The notes: a model not told the origin generated them from the sequence alone. 64,000 nt of DNA from Octopus vulgaris (GCA_951406725.2 OX597817.1:20088001-20152000); one strand, 5' to 3'; shown: positions 1-14,897, counted from the stretch's first letter. Made by a program: numbers and translations.

Positions 1-216
1 TTTTTAAAATTCAAATGCTGAATTGTATCCGCAGACTTCGAATTAGTTTCCTCCTTTCTAGATTTGAGAAACCTAATTTCTCAAGATTTGTATTTAGCCA
101 TTGCGTTACTTATCCCAGAGCACCAATTGTTACAGGTATAAACCTGAAGTTGATTTCAGGATAGAGTAACTGCAGATTTCTCAATATTTTCTTATGATCT
201 TAAGCTTTATGTAAAC

Positions 217-533
217 TATGTATGTATGTATGTATGTATGTATGTATGTATGTATGTATGTATGTATGTATGTATGTATGTATGTATGCATGTGTGTGTA
301 TGTATGTATGTATGTATGTATGTATGCATGCATGCATGTATGTATGTATGTATGCATGTATGTATGTATGTCCTTGTTCAGTTTTATTTCAAGATTGCTT
401 GCCAATAGAAAAAGAGCTCGTTTCTAGCCTAGATCCAGGGCTACTTAATTAGATTTTCATCATCCACAACAAGGCTATTTTTCTTTCTATATATGCATGT
501 ATTAATGCTGATTTGTATGTATGCATGTACGTA

Positions 534-580
<47 letters not shown>

Positions 581-622
581 TGTGTATGTATATTTGTATG
601 TATATATATGTACGTATTTGCG

Positions 623-674
<52 letters not shown>

Positions 675-714
675 TATATATGTACGTATATATGTATGTA
701 TATATGTATGTATG

Positions 715-777
<63 letters not shown>

Positions 778-811
778 CATATGTACTTGTATGTGTATTG
801 ATGTATGTATG
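217..811. repeat. (TATG)n and (TA)n microsatellite cluster
   Basis: Direct tandem repeats at 217-370 and about 540-811. They explain the MYVC/IYIY ORFs. Confidence 0.95.
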
Positions 812-1390
812 TGTCTCATTAACTAATCTATTTACTTATGAAAGCCTCCTTATCTCTCTTCCTTCAGTTATTTACTTGAGATCATCATCCTCGCAGCTCA
901 TCCTCTTCGGAACTCATACTTTTAACGACGTCCTTATTGCACTATCATCGTCTGTTGTATACTTTGTTTTAGCTTACTCGTAAAACGCAAATATATTTTT
1001 ATCCGAACAGTTTTTTTCTCCTGCTGAAAGGATGTCTTAGACCTAACGTCTAAGGCATCCTTTCGTCTTCTTTTGGTCCTGACTTAGACATATACAAGTT
1101 ATGTCTAGGGCGACAAGAGTGTTAAAAGATGGAAAAAATAGTATCTGATCTACAGGTACTTATTTTATAATATTCAGTTTGTTCCTTCGGCAATATATTC
1201 TCAGCTTTCACGCGTCATTTCTTGCAAATACACACGCACGTATATAAGATATACACACAGAGACGCGCCCACACAGACACTCACATATATATTTATTTAA
1301 CACGTTTCGGTCATCCATAGAGATTGCCTTGAAAAAATTTCATTTCAAATTATCGACACCAGCTTTGTCTTTTTGAAAAGCCTGATATTT

Positions 1391-1498
1391 CTATCGGTAT
1401 ATTCGGTATATCTTTCCGAACGGCAAACTTACGGGGACATAAACACGCCAGCAACAAGTGTGAGTGAGAAACACAGTCACAAAGATACACACACACAT

Positions 1499-1548
<50 letters not shown>

Positions 1549-1745
1549 ACACATACGAGCGCGTATACACACACACGCATGCACACACACACGCATACGC
1601 ACGCACACCCATATACACGAAATCCACTCACACGGCTTTGGTCGCCCCGAGGCTGTTGTACAGAAAATATTTGCCCAATGTGCAACGCAGTGCGACTGAA
1701 TCTGGTACATCTGGTTTGGAAGCAAACTTCTTACTACACATCCAG
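1391..1745 (-). mobile_element. Degenerate copy of tRNA-derived SINE family A
   Basis: Matches the reverse complement of 7322-7790 (acggggacataaacac, aatccactcac, gctttggtcg) and has an internal (CA)n tract. Confidence 0.8.
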
Positions 1746-4700
1746 ACCGTCAGGAAATCCGCAGTGTTTGTTGATACATAGCTACATAGTTATAGAAAAA
1801 AACGTTTTCAGCACTTCTAATGCTGACGAGTAGAAGAAAAACGACTTTCAAAACCTTCTCATCGCTAGGTAACATATAAATATATATAGAAAGAATATTC
1901 TTGATCTTATAGTACGAAAGGTCACTAGAAACATTGTCAAATACACTAAAAACGACACTAAAACACGAAAATATTAAGTCGAGAAGAGCAACGATTATGC
2001 CAAAATAACTATACCACAAATAAACAAAACGAAGAACTATTTAATTGCAGGATGATTTTCTATTGGCTCTTCTCGTTTATAAGATAGACAAGGCAAATAT
2101 GACAGACATCATACAACTTATAGCTCAGTTATATCTATTTCTATATTTGTCTTTGCGTTCAGCATACAAAGTCCCTTCACGAAAATCATTCTGAGCTTAG
2201 AATGTTTGCCAAAATAACTACTGAACCATACAAATCATATTCTGTTCAAATGGAACAACTCCAATACTTGTTATTGTAAGCAGTTATATGCTTTGGCTAT
2301 TCTCCTAAACTTACACGCACAGACTGTCATACACATGCACATTAATACGTGTACACATGCATATATGTATACTCAAAATAAAGGCGCACGCAGGTTTATA
2401 CACGCACAAACACATACATACACACGCACATGTGTATTCATATAAACATAAGCATTAGCTTATGTTTACCTGAATATACTATGTTTATATGTTTACACTC
2501 GTGCACGTATATATACACATCTGTATATATGTGTGTATGCGTGCGTGTCTATATGTGTGTGAGTGTGTGTGTGCTTGCATGTGCGTTCTTGTACATTTTG
2601 AAATTATTCCGACCTAAGTAAAATGCTATCATTTAATTTTAATTCAACTGTATTACACACAATATATTCCCATTTATTCAACCGATGATGGTTCTAACGT
2701 AATATGAAAAAATAGGACATTTTACTTTTCATAAATAACGTAAGATTTAAACGACAAATTTAAATAGTCTAATGTAAATATGGACAATAATAAAGCAGCA
2801 AAGTGGGTGTTAATTGGCTTAACAATATTGTTAATAAATTTGATTTTAATTTTCTGCCTTCTATTCTAACCAACGCAAACATCAAGGGACTGAGCATTTG
2901 TATAATTTTAATAACTTTTGTAAATCACAATTATTCCGAAAAAAATTTCAATTTTGTAAGTTGAAATGAACTATTCGAACTATAGTTGCTTATGTTCGAT
3001 GGTCGGTAATTGCTGCACGTCAAGCTGTCCACAGCCTTTATAAGATGAAAACAGCGGTGATCAGGAAAAAAAAACCCGCTTCATTGACAGATCCATACGT
3101 TCGCTTCTTTCGACAAAATGTAAAAAAATATCCGTTGATGGTATATTGAATGATGTTCGACAGAAACGCACCATATAAAATATTGTGTAACTTCCATAAA
3201 AGTCGACTAGAGCCGTTTCGGCATGTGAGACGTTTGATGTCAAAGATTGGAAGTTAATTCGAAAGAGTAAATACGCCTAAGTTTTATACAGTGTTAGACC
3301 TGACATCATCTCATCATCCAATAATACATATGAAAATTTGAGTGAAAAATATTTCTCTATTTGCTCGGTTGATTTTTTTCTTCTCTGTTGCTCAGAGAGC
3401 ATCCCATATGTAAGAATCCGGAAGATAACAAGTGTCTTGCTCGCCTCTAACTCTCTATAGAACGCCTAAATTGAACTTCCAACGGTCTCGTTGCCTGACT
3501 GATAGAGGACTGTGAGCGCACGACCAGACTCTAAGTGACACGTGTACTACCACATCCTACGCGCGAACTAGGACTGCAGTTCATACACATAGTCGAGATG
3601 TGGGAAATCGTTTCTAACAAAAAGTGACCACACATGCTCACCATCTCGGAATCGCAGGAGATGTCGTAACCTCAGCGCATGTCTGTGCACCAGCAGCCAT
3701 GGCATACTCGGCCCTCCATTCAGCTGGTGGTGTCAGCATATATAGCGCCAGATAAATGGAACGCGCCCCTTCCATAGAAAGTAAAGTATGTGCTCCAGTT
3801 TACTCAGAGCTTGGGCTGGTCAAGAGATGTTGTCCCAGCCATATCTCTGTACACTATTCCGTAGTACTGAATTTTTAAACCGAATACTCTATTCTGGGCA
3901 CTTTCATTTCATGCCATACACAACAACTAATCTAATTATACTGTGAAGGTGCCAATTACTTCACTTTGCATTCAATTACAGCCATCGTATTCTGTTCAAT
4001 TCCTAGCTTCTTGTTTGACATCAACAACATGAACAATATAACTCACTCTTATTTTACTTTTTAGCAGTTGCTAATATCAGTATCGCTATATTGTCAATGT
4101 CTGTTACGCTATCCAAATCCGCAGAAGCTTGTAAGCTATTTTGGATTTTGGATTTTCATTCACGGTATAAATTTGGTGAGATCATACAAGTTACCTCAAA
4201 AGCTCATGCTGCTAAAATATTACAGCCAAAGTGCAGCTACCAATGGCAACAAGTTCTAGTCAGAATGTAACAGTGATCTTAAACTTCTCTTGTTAACAGT
4301 AAGTGTGCTGTATAATTAAAGAGAAGCGTCTAATGACCTCTCTAACCGGAATATTTTTGTTTTAATTTCAAAGTGAATTTTTGTCCCGCATTTTGGACAC
4401 ACTGAATTATATTGGCTTTGGTATGGAATCGATATTTTCATGAATAAATTTCCCCAAAGTGTCAGGAAATTGCATGCGACTGTTATCGGAACAATCTATT
4501 TTTCCAATAAAGAATCGGATTTGTGGTAATATTGTGATACGACTTCGTGGCAAGTAGTTTTTTGCGTTTCTCAGTAACAAGGCACTAGATATCACTGAAG
4601 AGTGATGTATGTTTCTTAATCATGTATAATGAACACTTTACCTGATAAATGTAGAAGCCATGTCCAGATAATTTAATAATTGGAGACATTTTGCTTTAAA

Positions 4701-5486
4701 AACTTCCCAAACGATTAGCATTCAGATTATAAAGCTCATTGTAGTAATCCGAACCAATATCCACAACGTTCTTCAAGAAAATGTTAGATGATGTAATTAC
4801 ATTTGTGTATATGCTCATGTGTGTGCGTGCGGAATTGTCAGTGTGCATTAGCCTTTGTTTTAGCGAGTGTATGATCAGGCCGCTGTCAGCACATGGGATT
4901 ATTTTCTCTGTATTTATGCATATATAAAAAGCGTTTTACCACTCATCAAGTATGAGGTCATTTACTACTACACATTACAAATGCATTGTCTCCTTATAGA
5001 ATACATCTTTCAGTTAAAACAATTCTATTCAATTTATATGTAATGAACAGGTACCAAACGACCTCACTGTTCCACGCACTGTGCATCAGTGCTTTCTTAG
5101 TGCCAATTCATGCCGTTTCCCTCATATCCATAGTTGGGTAGAAAGTAATTATATACAAAACAGAAGGCATCATGTCATGTCTTATTTCTCAGACAATTAA
5201 GAGGAGCACAGTTAATGGATTTAGTACAAAGGCATGCAATTTTCCATGCACATCGACACATGAATAAATTGATGAGGCAAAAGATCTAGCTAATAAAAAG
5301 GAGACTCACAAATATATTATATACATATCTGTGTCTGCGCATAGATGTATAGGTATAAATGTATATATTTGCTTATATGCACGTGTAATAAATACACATG
5401 CGAACATACATAGAGACATACATACACACATCCTTACAAATGTACGCAGAAATCTATTTATCTAACTATCTCTCCCTATCTCTCTC

Positions 5487-5615
<129 letters not shown>

Positions 5616-5656
5616 ATATATTTGTGTATCTATATATGTTTATATGTATGTATAAC

Positions 5657-5718
5657 GGTGGTGCCCCAGCATGGCCGCAGCCTTCGGGCTGAAACATTTT
5701 AAAGGATTTTAAGGATTT
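5657..5718 (+). mobile_element. Isolated 3' tail of a LINE/SINE (extreme 5' truncation)
   Basis: ggtggtgccccagcatggccgcagccttcgggctgaaac plus an aaggattt terminal repeat. Homologous to the LINE tail at 53903-53975. Confidence 0.8.
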
Positions 5719-5771
5719 ATTTGTTCATATATATATATATGAGTGTGTTTGTGTGTGTATGTATGTATATT

Positions 5772-5814
<43 letters not shown>

Positions 5815-5841
5815 ATATATATATATATATATATATAAATC

Positions 5842-5882
<41 letters not shown>

Positions 5883-5909
5883 ATATATACACGGTACATA
5901 GTTGATATA

Positions 5910-6382
5910 TATCAAAGAGTGTGTAGAAGCCACAATCCATGGGTAATTAGCCCGTAGGTTTAGGAGACCTCTGAATGACAACCAAGGCCAGAATAGGATA
6001 GTTGAGAAAGCAGGGAGCTCCAAGAGCTCCAGTAATATATGAACTAACATTTCGAAAACAGGACATGCACTAATGAGAACCGCGTAGTATGCACTATTAC
6101 CTCTAATCCTAAAAATACAGTCTACAGCGTAAGGGGGGCAGTGTAAAGAGAAATATATGACACCCATTGCGGAGTCGTCTAGGAGTATAGAGGAGAGACT
6201 GATCAAGCATTGGAAAAAGTATAGAGGCAAGAAACAATCCCCATACTCTATCAACATGCCAAAGAACTACATGGGGACACACTGGGCCGTATTGACTACC
6301 ACCTTTTTGCCAAGCACCCGAAGGACACATCACTTAGTCAAAAGTAGGAGTACGTTCTCGTAAAGGAAATGTTGCCCTTACT
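5910..6382 (+). pseudogene. Decayed Penelope-like element fragment: Cys-rich linker and GIY-YIG endonuclease
   Basis: Manual translation across frameshifts gives RIVEKAGSS..CTNENRVVC..NTVYSV..QCKEKY..IAESSRSIEERLIKH..LYQHAKELHG..E..L..PLL. This fits the PLE GIY-YIG pattern VY-C-C-YIGE(S/T)-R-L-R-EH-H-H-E-P-LN. Confidence 0.7.
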
Positions 6383-6400
6383 ATATGTATATATATATAA

Positions 6401-6448
<48 letters not shown>

Positions 6449-6517
6449 TGATATATATACATATGTACATATATATATACATATATTTATATATATATAT
6501 ATATACAGACATATTTA

Positions 6518-6550
<33 letters not shown>

Positions 6551-6556
6551 ATTTAT

Positions 6557-7161
6557 AAATAGAAACATTGTTTCTAAAGTACTCAAAGGGAGACATTTGG
6601 TAACGGATGTGATGAATGGTGCTGTTGTTTAACCCCAGGAAACGTCGTATCCATCTGGCTATACGGCGCAATATCTGTCCTAATATTTTGGAACAGGGGA
6701 GCTCAGCACCCCTATCCGGCAAAAAGCAATATCCATGGACCGGTTTCTGTGTTATTGCCTTTTCTTAGCACAGAGTAGCCGCTCGTCTAGACTGCGCTGC
6801 AGAATTCCCCTTCGAAAATATATAATTTCCAAAGTTATACACAGACACTTACCTAATATATAGAAACATTAATATTTCTAAAACTCTCAAAGATAGACAT
6901 TCGATTAGAGTACTTTTAAGTAAAGACTGTTTGCTAACATAAGGTGGCAGTACCGGGTGGGATGAAAGTTACTGTTGTGTAGCCCCAAGAAACGTGGATT
7001 GCCAGCTAGCTACACGACACAATATCTGTGTCCTTATATTTTCGAACAGGAGAACTCTCACCCACATCCAGCTCAAAGGAACATCTGTGGACGGGTTCCT
7101 GAGTTATTGTTCTTTCTCAGCACAGAGTAGCTGATTGGCTAGACGGCGCTGCTGGAAACTC
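6557..7161. repeat. Diverged tandem duplication of an unclassified ~250-300 bp unit
   Basis: 6557-6810 and 6858-7161 share tagaaacatt, cccca(g/a)gaaacgt, caatatctgt, gaacagg, gttattg, agcacagagtagc and ctagac.gcgctgc. Confidence 0.75.
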
Positions 7162-7321
7162 AAATGAGAGCAGCAACATCAAACCCTATCATTTATCGCA
7201 TGCCATATATCAGAGGGGGTATCAGGTTGTGCAAGTATATGTAAGCTAACACTTGAGCACCAGCTTGACAGAAGGTTTCCTGCTGAAATTAGAAGCAGAA
7301 AAAATAAACAATGAAAACATA

Positions 7322-7483
7322 GGCGCAGGAGTGGCTGTGTGGTAAGTAGCTTGTTTACCAACCACATGGTTCCGGGTTCAGTCCCACTACGTGGCACCTT
7401 CGGCACGTGTCTTCTACTATAGCCGCTGGCCGACCAAAGCCTTGTGAGTGGATTTGGTAGACGGAAACTGAAAGAAGCCCGTC

Positions 7484-7529
<46 letters not shown>

Positions 7530-7530
7530 A

Positions 7531-7568
<38 letters not shown>

Positions 7569-7790
7569 TGTGTCTGTGTTTGTCCCCCTAGCATTGTTTG
7601 ACAACCGATGCTGGTGTGTTTATGTCCCCGTTACTTAGCGGTTCGGCAAAATAGACCGATAGAATAAGTACTGGGCTTACAAAAGTATAAGTCCTGGGGT
7701 CGAGTTGCTCGATTAAAGGCGGTGCTCCAGCATGGCCGCAGTCAAATGACTGAAACAAGTAAAAGAGTAAAAGAGAGAGAGAGAGTAAAA
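7322..7790 (+). mobile_element. Full-length tRNA-derived SINE family A (CORE-like centre, internal microsatellite, LINE-derived tail)
   Basis: Pol III A box (tggctgtgtgg) and B box (ggttcagtccc), a CORE-like segment, (TA)n(TG)n, the tail ggcggtgctccagcatggccgcagtcaaatgactgaaac and (gtaaaaga)n. Near-identical copies lie elsewhere in the window. Confidence 0.9.
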
Positions 7791-10700
7791 AGAAAAAGAA
7801 AATCCCTAATACGCCTTTAATAAAGACTCAAACTATCTTGTTTTACTCATTCCATGTGTAGTATCGTTGTGCCTAATGGAAAAGTGCTTATGCCTTTATA
7901 CACATTTCTTCATCGGGGTGTGATAGCGCAAAGAGTGGCCTGTATCACTAATAAAAGGACATGCCAATACTGCTACAATATTGTTAACTTGTGGTTTTCT
8001 GAGAGTTGCAAATAACCGCAATAACTTATATATCGCTTCTCCGTGTATAAAATAGACCGTTAAAAACTATGGTGAGTTAACGATGATTCATGTTTAAAAC
8101 CTGAAGGAAGTAGTACGATGTCAGCATGAATGGGAAATAAATAATATCAGGCAGATATGGAACGTATCAAATATGCCAGTGCAGTTTTAAACTGAGTTGC
8201 ATTATTGTTTCTGGCGTTGTTAGCTATTATGCTGTTTCATGATTGATCAGATAAGGCGTCAAATCATTTTATCTATAATATATCATAGGATAACTAGTGA
8301 TTGGTTTTTAACTGTTATTGTTTCTTCTTCGAGGGTTTAATTTTTGCTTTTCATATAGTAAGATGTATTTTTTCAGTTTTACATACCTAATTATTAAATA
8401 GTAATAATTGTTTTTTTTTTTTTTTTTTTCATTTCTAAAATTGTCATGTGTCAGTTCTGTCGTATTCACTGAAATATATTTTGAATGATCACTTTTTATA
8501 TTTTCCTATGTGATTAATATGGTTAATCAAATTTATTCTGAAATATCTGTTCGTCGTATATATCAACGCATATAGGCAGAATGGTTCAAATATCTGTACT
8601 CTAAACGTAGGAAAATTGTTTTAGAATATAAAAGTTTACCTTTTATTCATCATTAGTATGAATAATATTTATTGTGACTCTAAAGCGTTCAAGGGAAGGT
8701 ATATAGAAACGAATGTATAAACGTCATAATATTGAACTCTTTGAATCTTCATTTTTGTCATATTCTGTATTGCTAAGCAACATTATTGTAGATGTTCTTC
8801 ACTTACAATCTGCTTCATTATATGGTCGTATGTATTGATTCGAGAAGGCATTTGCCTTATCTAGTTAATATCTACATTGGTTCGGGAATTGAATGATTGC
8901 ACATTCTATAGGATTTCTGCGAGAAGAGGCATTATATTCATAGAGAGAAGCTGTATCTCTGATTAGAGCGGTTATAAATTCTCGTTCACTTTTATGCTGA
9001 TACTCAGCCTGACAAATATTGTCCGTATATATTACTGACAAAAATTTGGACAGGCATATGTTTTCAGGAAAACCGAGCACGTAGTATGTTTTGCGTGTAG
9101 AATATCTTACTGATCTCAATTTCAGGCTCTCGAACTCACATTACAACATCTCATTGATTACACTAAGATCATGCGTATGCTCACAGTTTTACCCTGGTAA
9201 TTCCAAATAAGCTGTAAAAGTCTGTTCAAATGCTTCACCCAATGAATAGTAGAATGCTTGCTTTAACGAATTGTACTTCCAGGCACGTGTGGATAGAAAA
9301 CTGTTATCAGGAGTACAGTTTATTTCACATGAGCACCGCTTAGTTACTGTTTCACACTGAGAGTAGAGATGATTGTGGAACAATATTCAATATAATATCT
9401 GAAATCTCATTCTAAGATTATTCTACCCACTCATACATAGAAAGCCATCAATAACACTGAGATTATGCTATCCTTGCTTCCAAAAGTGATATTTGTGAAT
9501 GTTGTTAATATCAACAGCTCTCATCAGTCACAAGAACAGGCCACACGTTATAAGTTTAGGATGCTGTCAAATATCCATGATTATTTCACCTCAATATAGC
9601 CAACTAGCATCATCCTTAACATCGTCTCACTGAAAAGCAGAGTACCCGTTGTTTATGAAATTGCTTTGATTGGAATGTTTGTGATATATGAGAAAAACGT
9701 TATATATATGTTGCTATCAAAATCAAAATTATTACTGTTTATTGAAATAAAGTTGGTAAGATTTCATTTAGTGTAACACATATTCCGATTTACCTCAAGA
9801 GCCTACATTTTCTCGTGATATTGTCGTATCCTTACAGCCATATATAGGAAAATTCCACATGGTTACTGGAGATGGCTTACAGAATTCATGTTTTAACTTT
9901 GCTTCGCTTTATGTTTCATGAATAAGTGATGAAATAAGCAGATGGATTCCAAATCAAATTAAAATTTCATGAAAATATTTAGTGTAAAATGTTATGAGAA
10001 TATAAAGTGTAATATATTTTGTTCCTTCAAGAAATTAGAAGCGTGTATATTTCGAAAGCCATGCACATTTTCAAATTCTGTAAAACATTCATGTATCACA
10101 ACATAAAATAACATATTTAAAAATTAGAAAAAGAAGTACATTGAAATTTACCTACTTAGCACGAATGCAATGCCTGCTTAATGACTTAGTTTCATTTGAC
10201 TTACTGTTTATGAACTCATCTACTATAAAATATTCTATATACAGTTCGACTAAATATAATTTTTGTGCTGATAGAGTCAATTTTATCATATCGATATTAA
10301 TATAGAATGATGCATGTATGGAATTTCTTATAGCAAAATATACTCTAGATTTTAATTATTTTTCTATCAGGGAAGTATTTCTCGCATAAAATATTCTATC
10401 GTATCATGCTTTACTTCATAGTTCATTTCTACATGCAAGTAAAAAATTCGGACTACGTTCAATCGTTTCTCCATGACTGTATGATTAATTTTATGTTTCC
10501 AATTACATTTTTTAAAATAAACATTCCACTTTTAATTTTTCATAATCTTGCCTTGAAATATTGCAATTATTCCTTATCTAAATTTTGTTTCTGCTTATTT
10601 TATTTATAATTTTGTATATATTCTCACATACCAAAGCAAACAAACACGAACATACACAATAATATTTTGATTAATTTCCTTTTATTTCAATTGATATTTG

Positions 10701-10977
10701 TAGTATTTTCTCTGCTCGTTTTAATGATATTGTTTTTACTTATCTATTTTTCAAAGAAATAGGAAAACACTACAACCAGCCGCAATATCGATAATCGACT
10801 TTTATTGAACATTTGATTATTAAAAGCTTTAAATTCTTTTCAATTAAACAGAAATCTTCCATCATTTGGCAATTTCATTTCTAGCTAATCGATACTAAAT
10901 AAAAAGCAAATTTATAGTTAAATTGATTGAAATCACGGTGGCAGATTAATGCAAGCTTTTAGTTTTGATTTTCTCGA

Positions 10978-11014
<37 letters not shown>

Positions 11015-11112
11015 GTCATCATCACCATCATCATCATCATCATTATCATCATCATCGTCATCATCATCGTCATCATCATCATCGCAATCTTCATCGTGAT
11101 CGTCGACATCAT
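10978..11112. repeat. (CAT)n microsatellite
   Basis: Direct trinucleotide repeat. Confidence 0.95.
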
Positions 11113-14100
11113 CGTAATAATTTCTGCAATATCATATTCATCAATATTATTTACATCATTACAATCAGCAACATTGATATTTCATCTTCCGTTGCATCTA
11201 TTGTTGTTCCTCATGAGTTTATTAAAAATATTATTACTTTTGAGGCAGAGGTCATATTGCCTTAGTTTACAATTTTATTGATAATTCCTATTATTAAATG
11301 GTGGTAGTAGAGAGCACGAGGGAAAATATTTTGAGGCTTTAGTTCTAACATTAAATTCTTTTAAATTCCAAATTTAAAACAAACAGTTTTCGAATTTCGT
11401 ATTACATCACCTGCGATTAAATGGTATACTTACTTGCCACGTAATGTTATCAATTAAATAGATTATTTCTCTCTGCAGTGGTATATGGCCTCGTGTCAAT
11501 GTGGTAAATGGTTATTTGAGAATTATATGAGCATGTAGAAGTGTTGATTTAATCAAAGCGTTCGACCAGCAAGAAATATTAGCTACATCTATCTTAGATA
11601 CCAGTGTATTACTTACAATAATGTAAGTACATTTGAAAAACTTGGATAAAACTCATCAACAGATTCTTATGGTGGAAAATGTCATTGATAATAGGGAACA
11701 TCAGTCAAATCCTCAAAGTTAACGATAGCATTACTTTATTTTATTTGCATATTCACTTCATATTACTTAAGTCAATTTTAATGTTGCTGAAGAGGCAGTC
11801 TCGCAGCATAAAATATTGATAACTATTTGAAATTATTTATATACGTAGTTTAGATCATTCTGATTTCATATTTCTCTTATATCATTTCCATCGGATACTG
11901 TACGCACTTACAATGTAATTCGGTCGGCGTAATTCAAAGTGCACAAATTACAAGCAGGTCCAGACCTGCTACACATGTCAGAAATGAAAAGTCTTTCCAC
12001 GCTTTGTATTTGATGCATATATCTTGGAAATTTGAATATCCATCTAACGAAAAACGTTTTAATTAAAACGTTACTCTGATTGTAGTTCCAAAGACAGGCT
12101 TTCTTTATATTAATACTCTCTGGTTCTGTACCTGCCTCTGTCCTTGCCTCTGATTCTATCTCTATCTCTCTTTCTATACACTTACTGCCGTACACATAAA
12201 AATGTATGTGTGTTTATCATCGTCATCATCAACATCATTATCATCATCATCATCATTTAACTCAACATAATATATTTAGTACTTCTTGATTATCTGTTCA
12301 TGTGATATATATTAAGTGTCATCTTTATAGTTTCATTTTATATTCATATAGCAATCATACGCTACCCACTTGTAACTTCCATTAGTACGCAAGACAAGCA
12401 AACAGAAGCGATTATAATTATGTTCAAAGAAACTGAGTCTTAAAATTGTCGTAGAGTCCTATTCATATTTCTTCGCAAACACGAACATTTAAATTGTTAA
12501 TTACAGCCTAGTAAACGGATTTTATGTTATGTATACTACGAATTCACATCTAAGTTTAAGTTAAGTTTTCGACATGTGAGTTTGAGGCTGACAAAGATGA
12601 ATTAACGTTAGAACGATCATTGCCTTTTATCTCAGGAATATACCACAGAAAAGTATGCATATGTATGGTTTCATCATATAAAGAAGTATATATTCTATTA
12701 TATCATCTACACCCAGCGTAAGAAACGTATAAGATGAATTAACCAAAATGAATGAAGATCATGAATATTATACAATATTCATAAAGTCGTCAATGCATCA
12801 CTTTTCAAACCTATGGCAGTTGGCAATGATACATGCGTGGAAAGGATATAAGGTAACACAAAACGCACAATCGTTTTCCTTTTGATGTTCCTCCAATAAT
12901 AATTTTTGTTTGATCGATATTAATTAAGATGTGTGTAAATTTCACGAGACTTCTCATATCAGTTATTTCATAATCAAGTTTCGATTTACTTTCTGGCATA
13001 AATCTTCGCTACTAAAAGTTTTAATTAATTAACATAGATGCTGTAACATGGGTATGTATATATTGGAAATCTAAACTCCATGAAATGTAATAATGTAAAT
13101 CCGATATCCACAAAAATCCACTAAAATAAATGATTATATAATCAAAAAGGTAATTATTCTAAGATACATCTTTCTCTTAAGATAGAGTTTCTTTTAAGGT
13201 GTATTTTCACGTTTTCTATCGTATATAGGAATTTACAGCATACTCGAATTTATAGATATCACTAGCCCGCTGCAAATCTGACATCAAGACGTTTTCAGTA
13301 CGACATAAGGTTTATTTGCAAATATCTCAGCAATTATATACCGTTCTTAGATATAAAATAGAAATAAACAAGCAACACTCGTACACAGAGGCATTCACAT
13401 ACGGCCGACCACACACACGGAGGAAATACAAATGTGGGGCTACTAAACTTCAATAAATAACACTTACAAGTTTATTTAAGATCAAGGGAGCTCAGTAGAT
13501 TGTGCAATGTAATTGGATCACGAAGCACATAGCAGCAAAGTAAGATTAACTACCACGTGGTCATACAATAATCAAATTAATTATCACTCCAAAATATATT
13601 TAGTTTAGCTAAAACTGTTGTGGTGTTTAAAATTGAAATAAGAGATATGCAGGTGTCTTGTTCAAAATATATGCATATTCTATACAAAATAAGAGTAGAT
13701 GGGAAGATTCAATATGTAGGAAATGAAAGCGAAGTGGAATCTCTAAAATTCAATTCAACTCTAAAAATGCTTTGGTAAATAACTGTAGCAGCACGATGTT
13801 CTTTGCTTAAAATATTTTCCATGTAATTATATTTAATACATTGAACTAGTATATAATGTGAAGAACAATTTCCTGTATTCGAACAATATAAGGAATATGC
13901 AAAACAATCAGCTCATTTAAAGTAAGTATACATGTATTAGAGATAAATTAAACTAAGAATTATGCTTTGCTAATTGAAACAGGTATAGTATAATACACAA
14001 ATAAGAACTTTCAATTTTCCAGTTTATACAGACATGTACGCAATAAATTGATAGGAAAATGAAACATGGGATTTTAAAAAATAGCGTTAAATGAAAATGA

Positions 14101-14684
14101 GTGTACGGAAATATGGCTAGTGGTAACAATAGTATAACAATTTGTTAACAAATATAGATATAACTAAGTTATAAATGTAATTTCAAACGTTATTTCAAAT
14201 GTGACCAGCAATATCATGCCCGTAAAAGATTTCCCGTCCCAAAAACTTTGACATATATATGCAACTGTAAAGGCAATCTACATGTACAGCAATACATTAT
14301 AAGATCAATTAAATCTTTATGAAAAGTGCAGAAATATAACCATGATTGCATAAAGAGATTTTGTTTTCTTCTGTCAAAAAGTGTTTATATGTTATTTAAC
14401 ATAGCTTTCCACCTCTTACGATGTGCAAATCCAATATTTTGAAGCATGAATTGTGAACTAACAAATATTCAAGCGAAACGTTTCCTAATAAAATGTGACT
14501 ACTATTAAAAAAGGCATGACGCACTTCAGCGTTTAAATTTACTGTAACGCATTCTGAGCAAGTAAATAATGACATTCCTTCTCGAACAATTTCTCTCACG
14601 TAGCATTACAGATTTGCAAGGAATATATATGTGTGTGTGCATACATATACACACATACATACATACATATAAATATATATATAA

Positions 14685-14802
<118 letters not shown>

Positions 14803-14819
14803 ATATATATATATGTGTG

Positions 14820-14891
<72 letters not shown>

Positions 14892-14897
14892 TGTATG

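Noticed and set aside
181-983. ORFs rich in MYVC, IYIY or THTH, here and throughout the window
   Set aside because: They are translations of stop-free microsatellites, not genes.
1298-1325. Minus-strand gaccGAAACGTG resembling an HHR 3' half
   Set aside because: No upstream CUGANGA-like core or helix I partner.
3440-3860. GC-richer block that might be an exon or element
   Set aside because: No ORF, motif or repeat partner recognisable.
7322-7395. tRNA-like A and B boxes
   Set aside because: This is a SINE head with no complete cloverleaf, repeated with the SINE body.
10949-11281. Poly-Ile hydrophobic ORF resembling a membrane protein
   Set aside because: Derived from the (CAT)n repeat.
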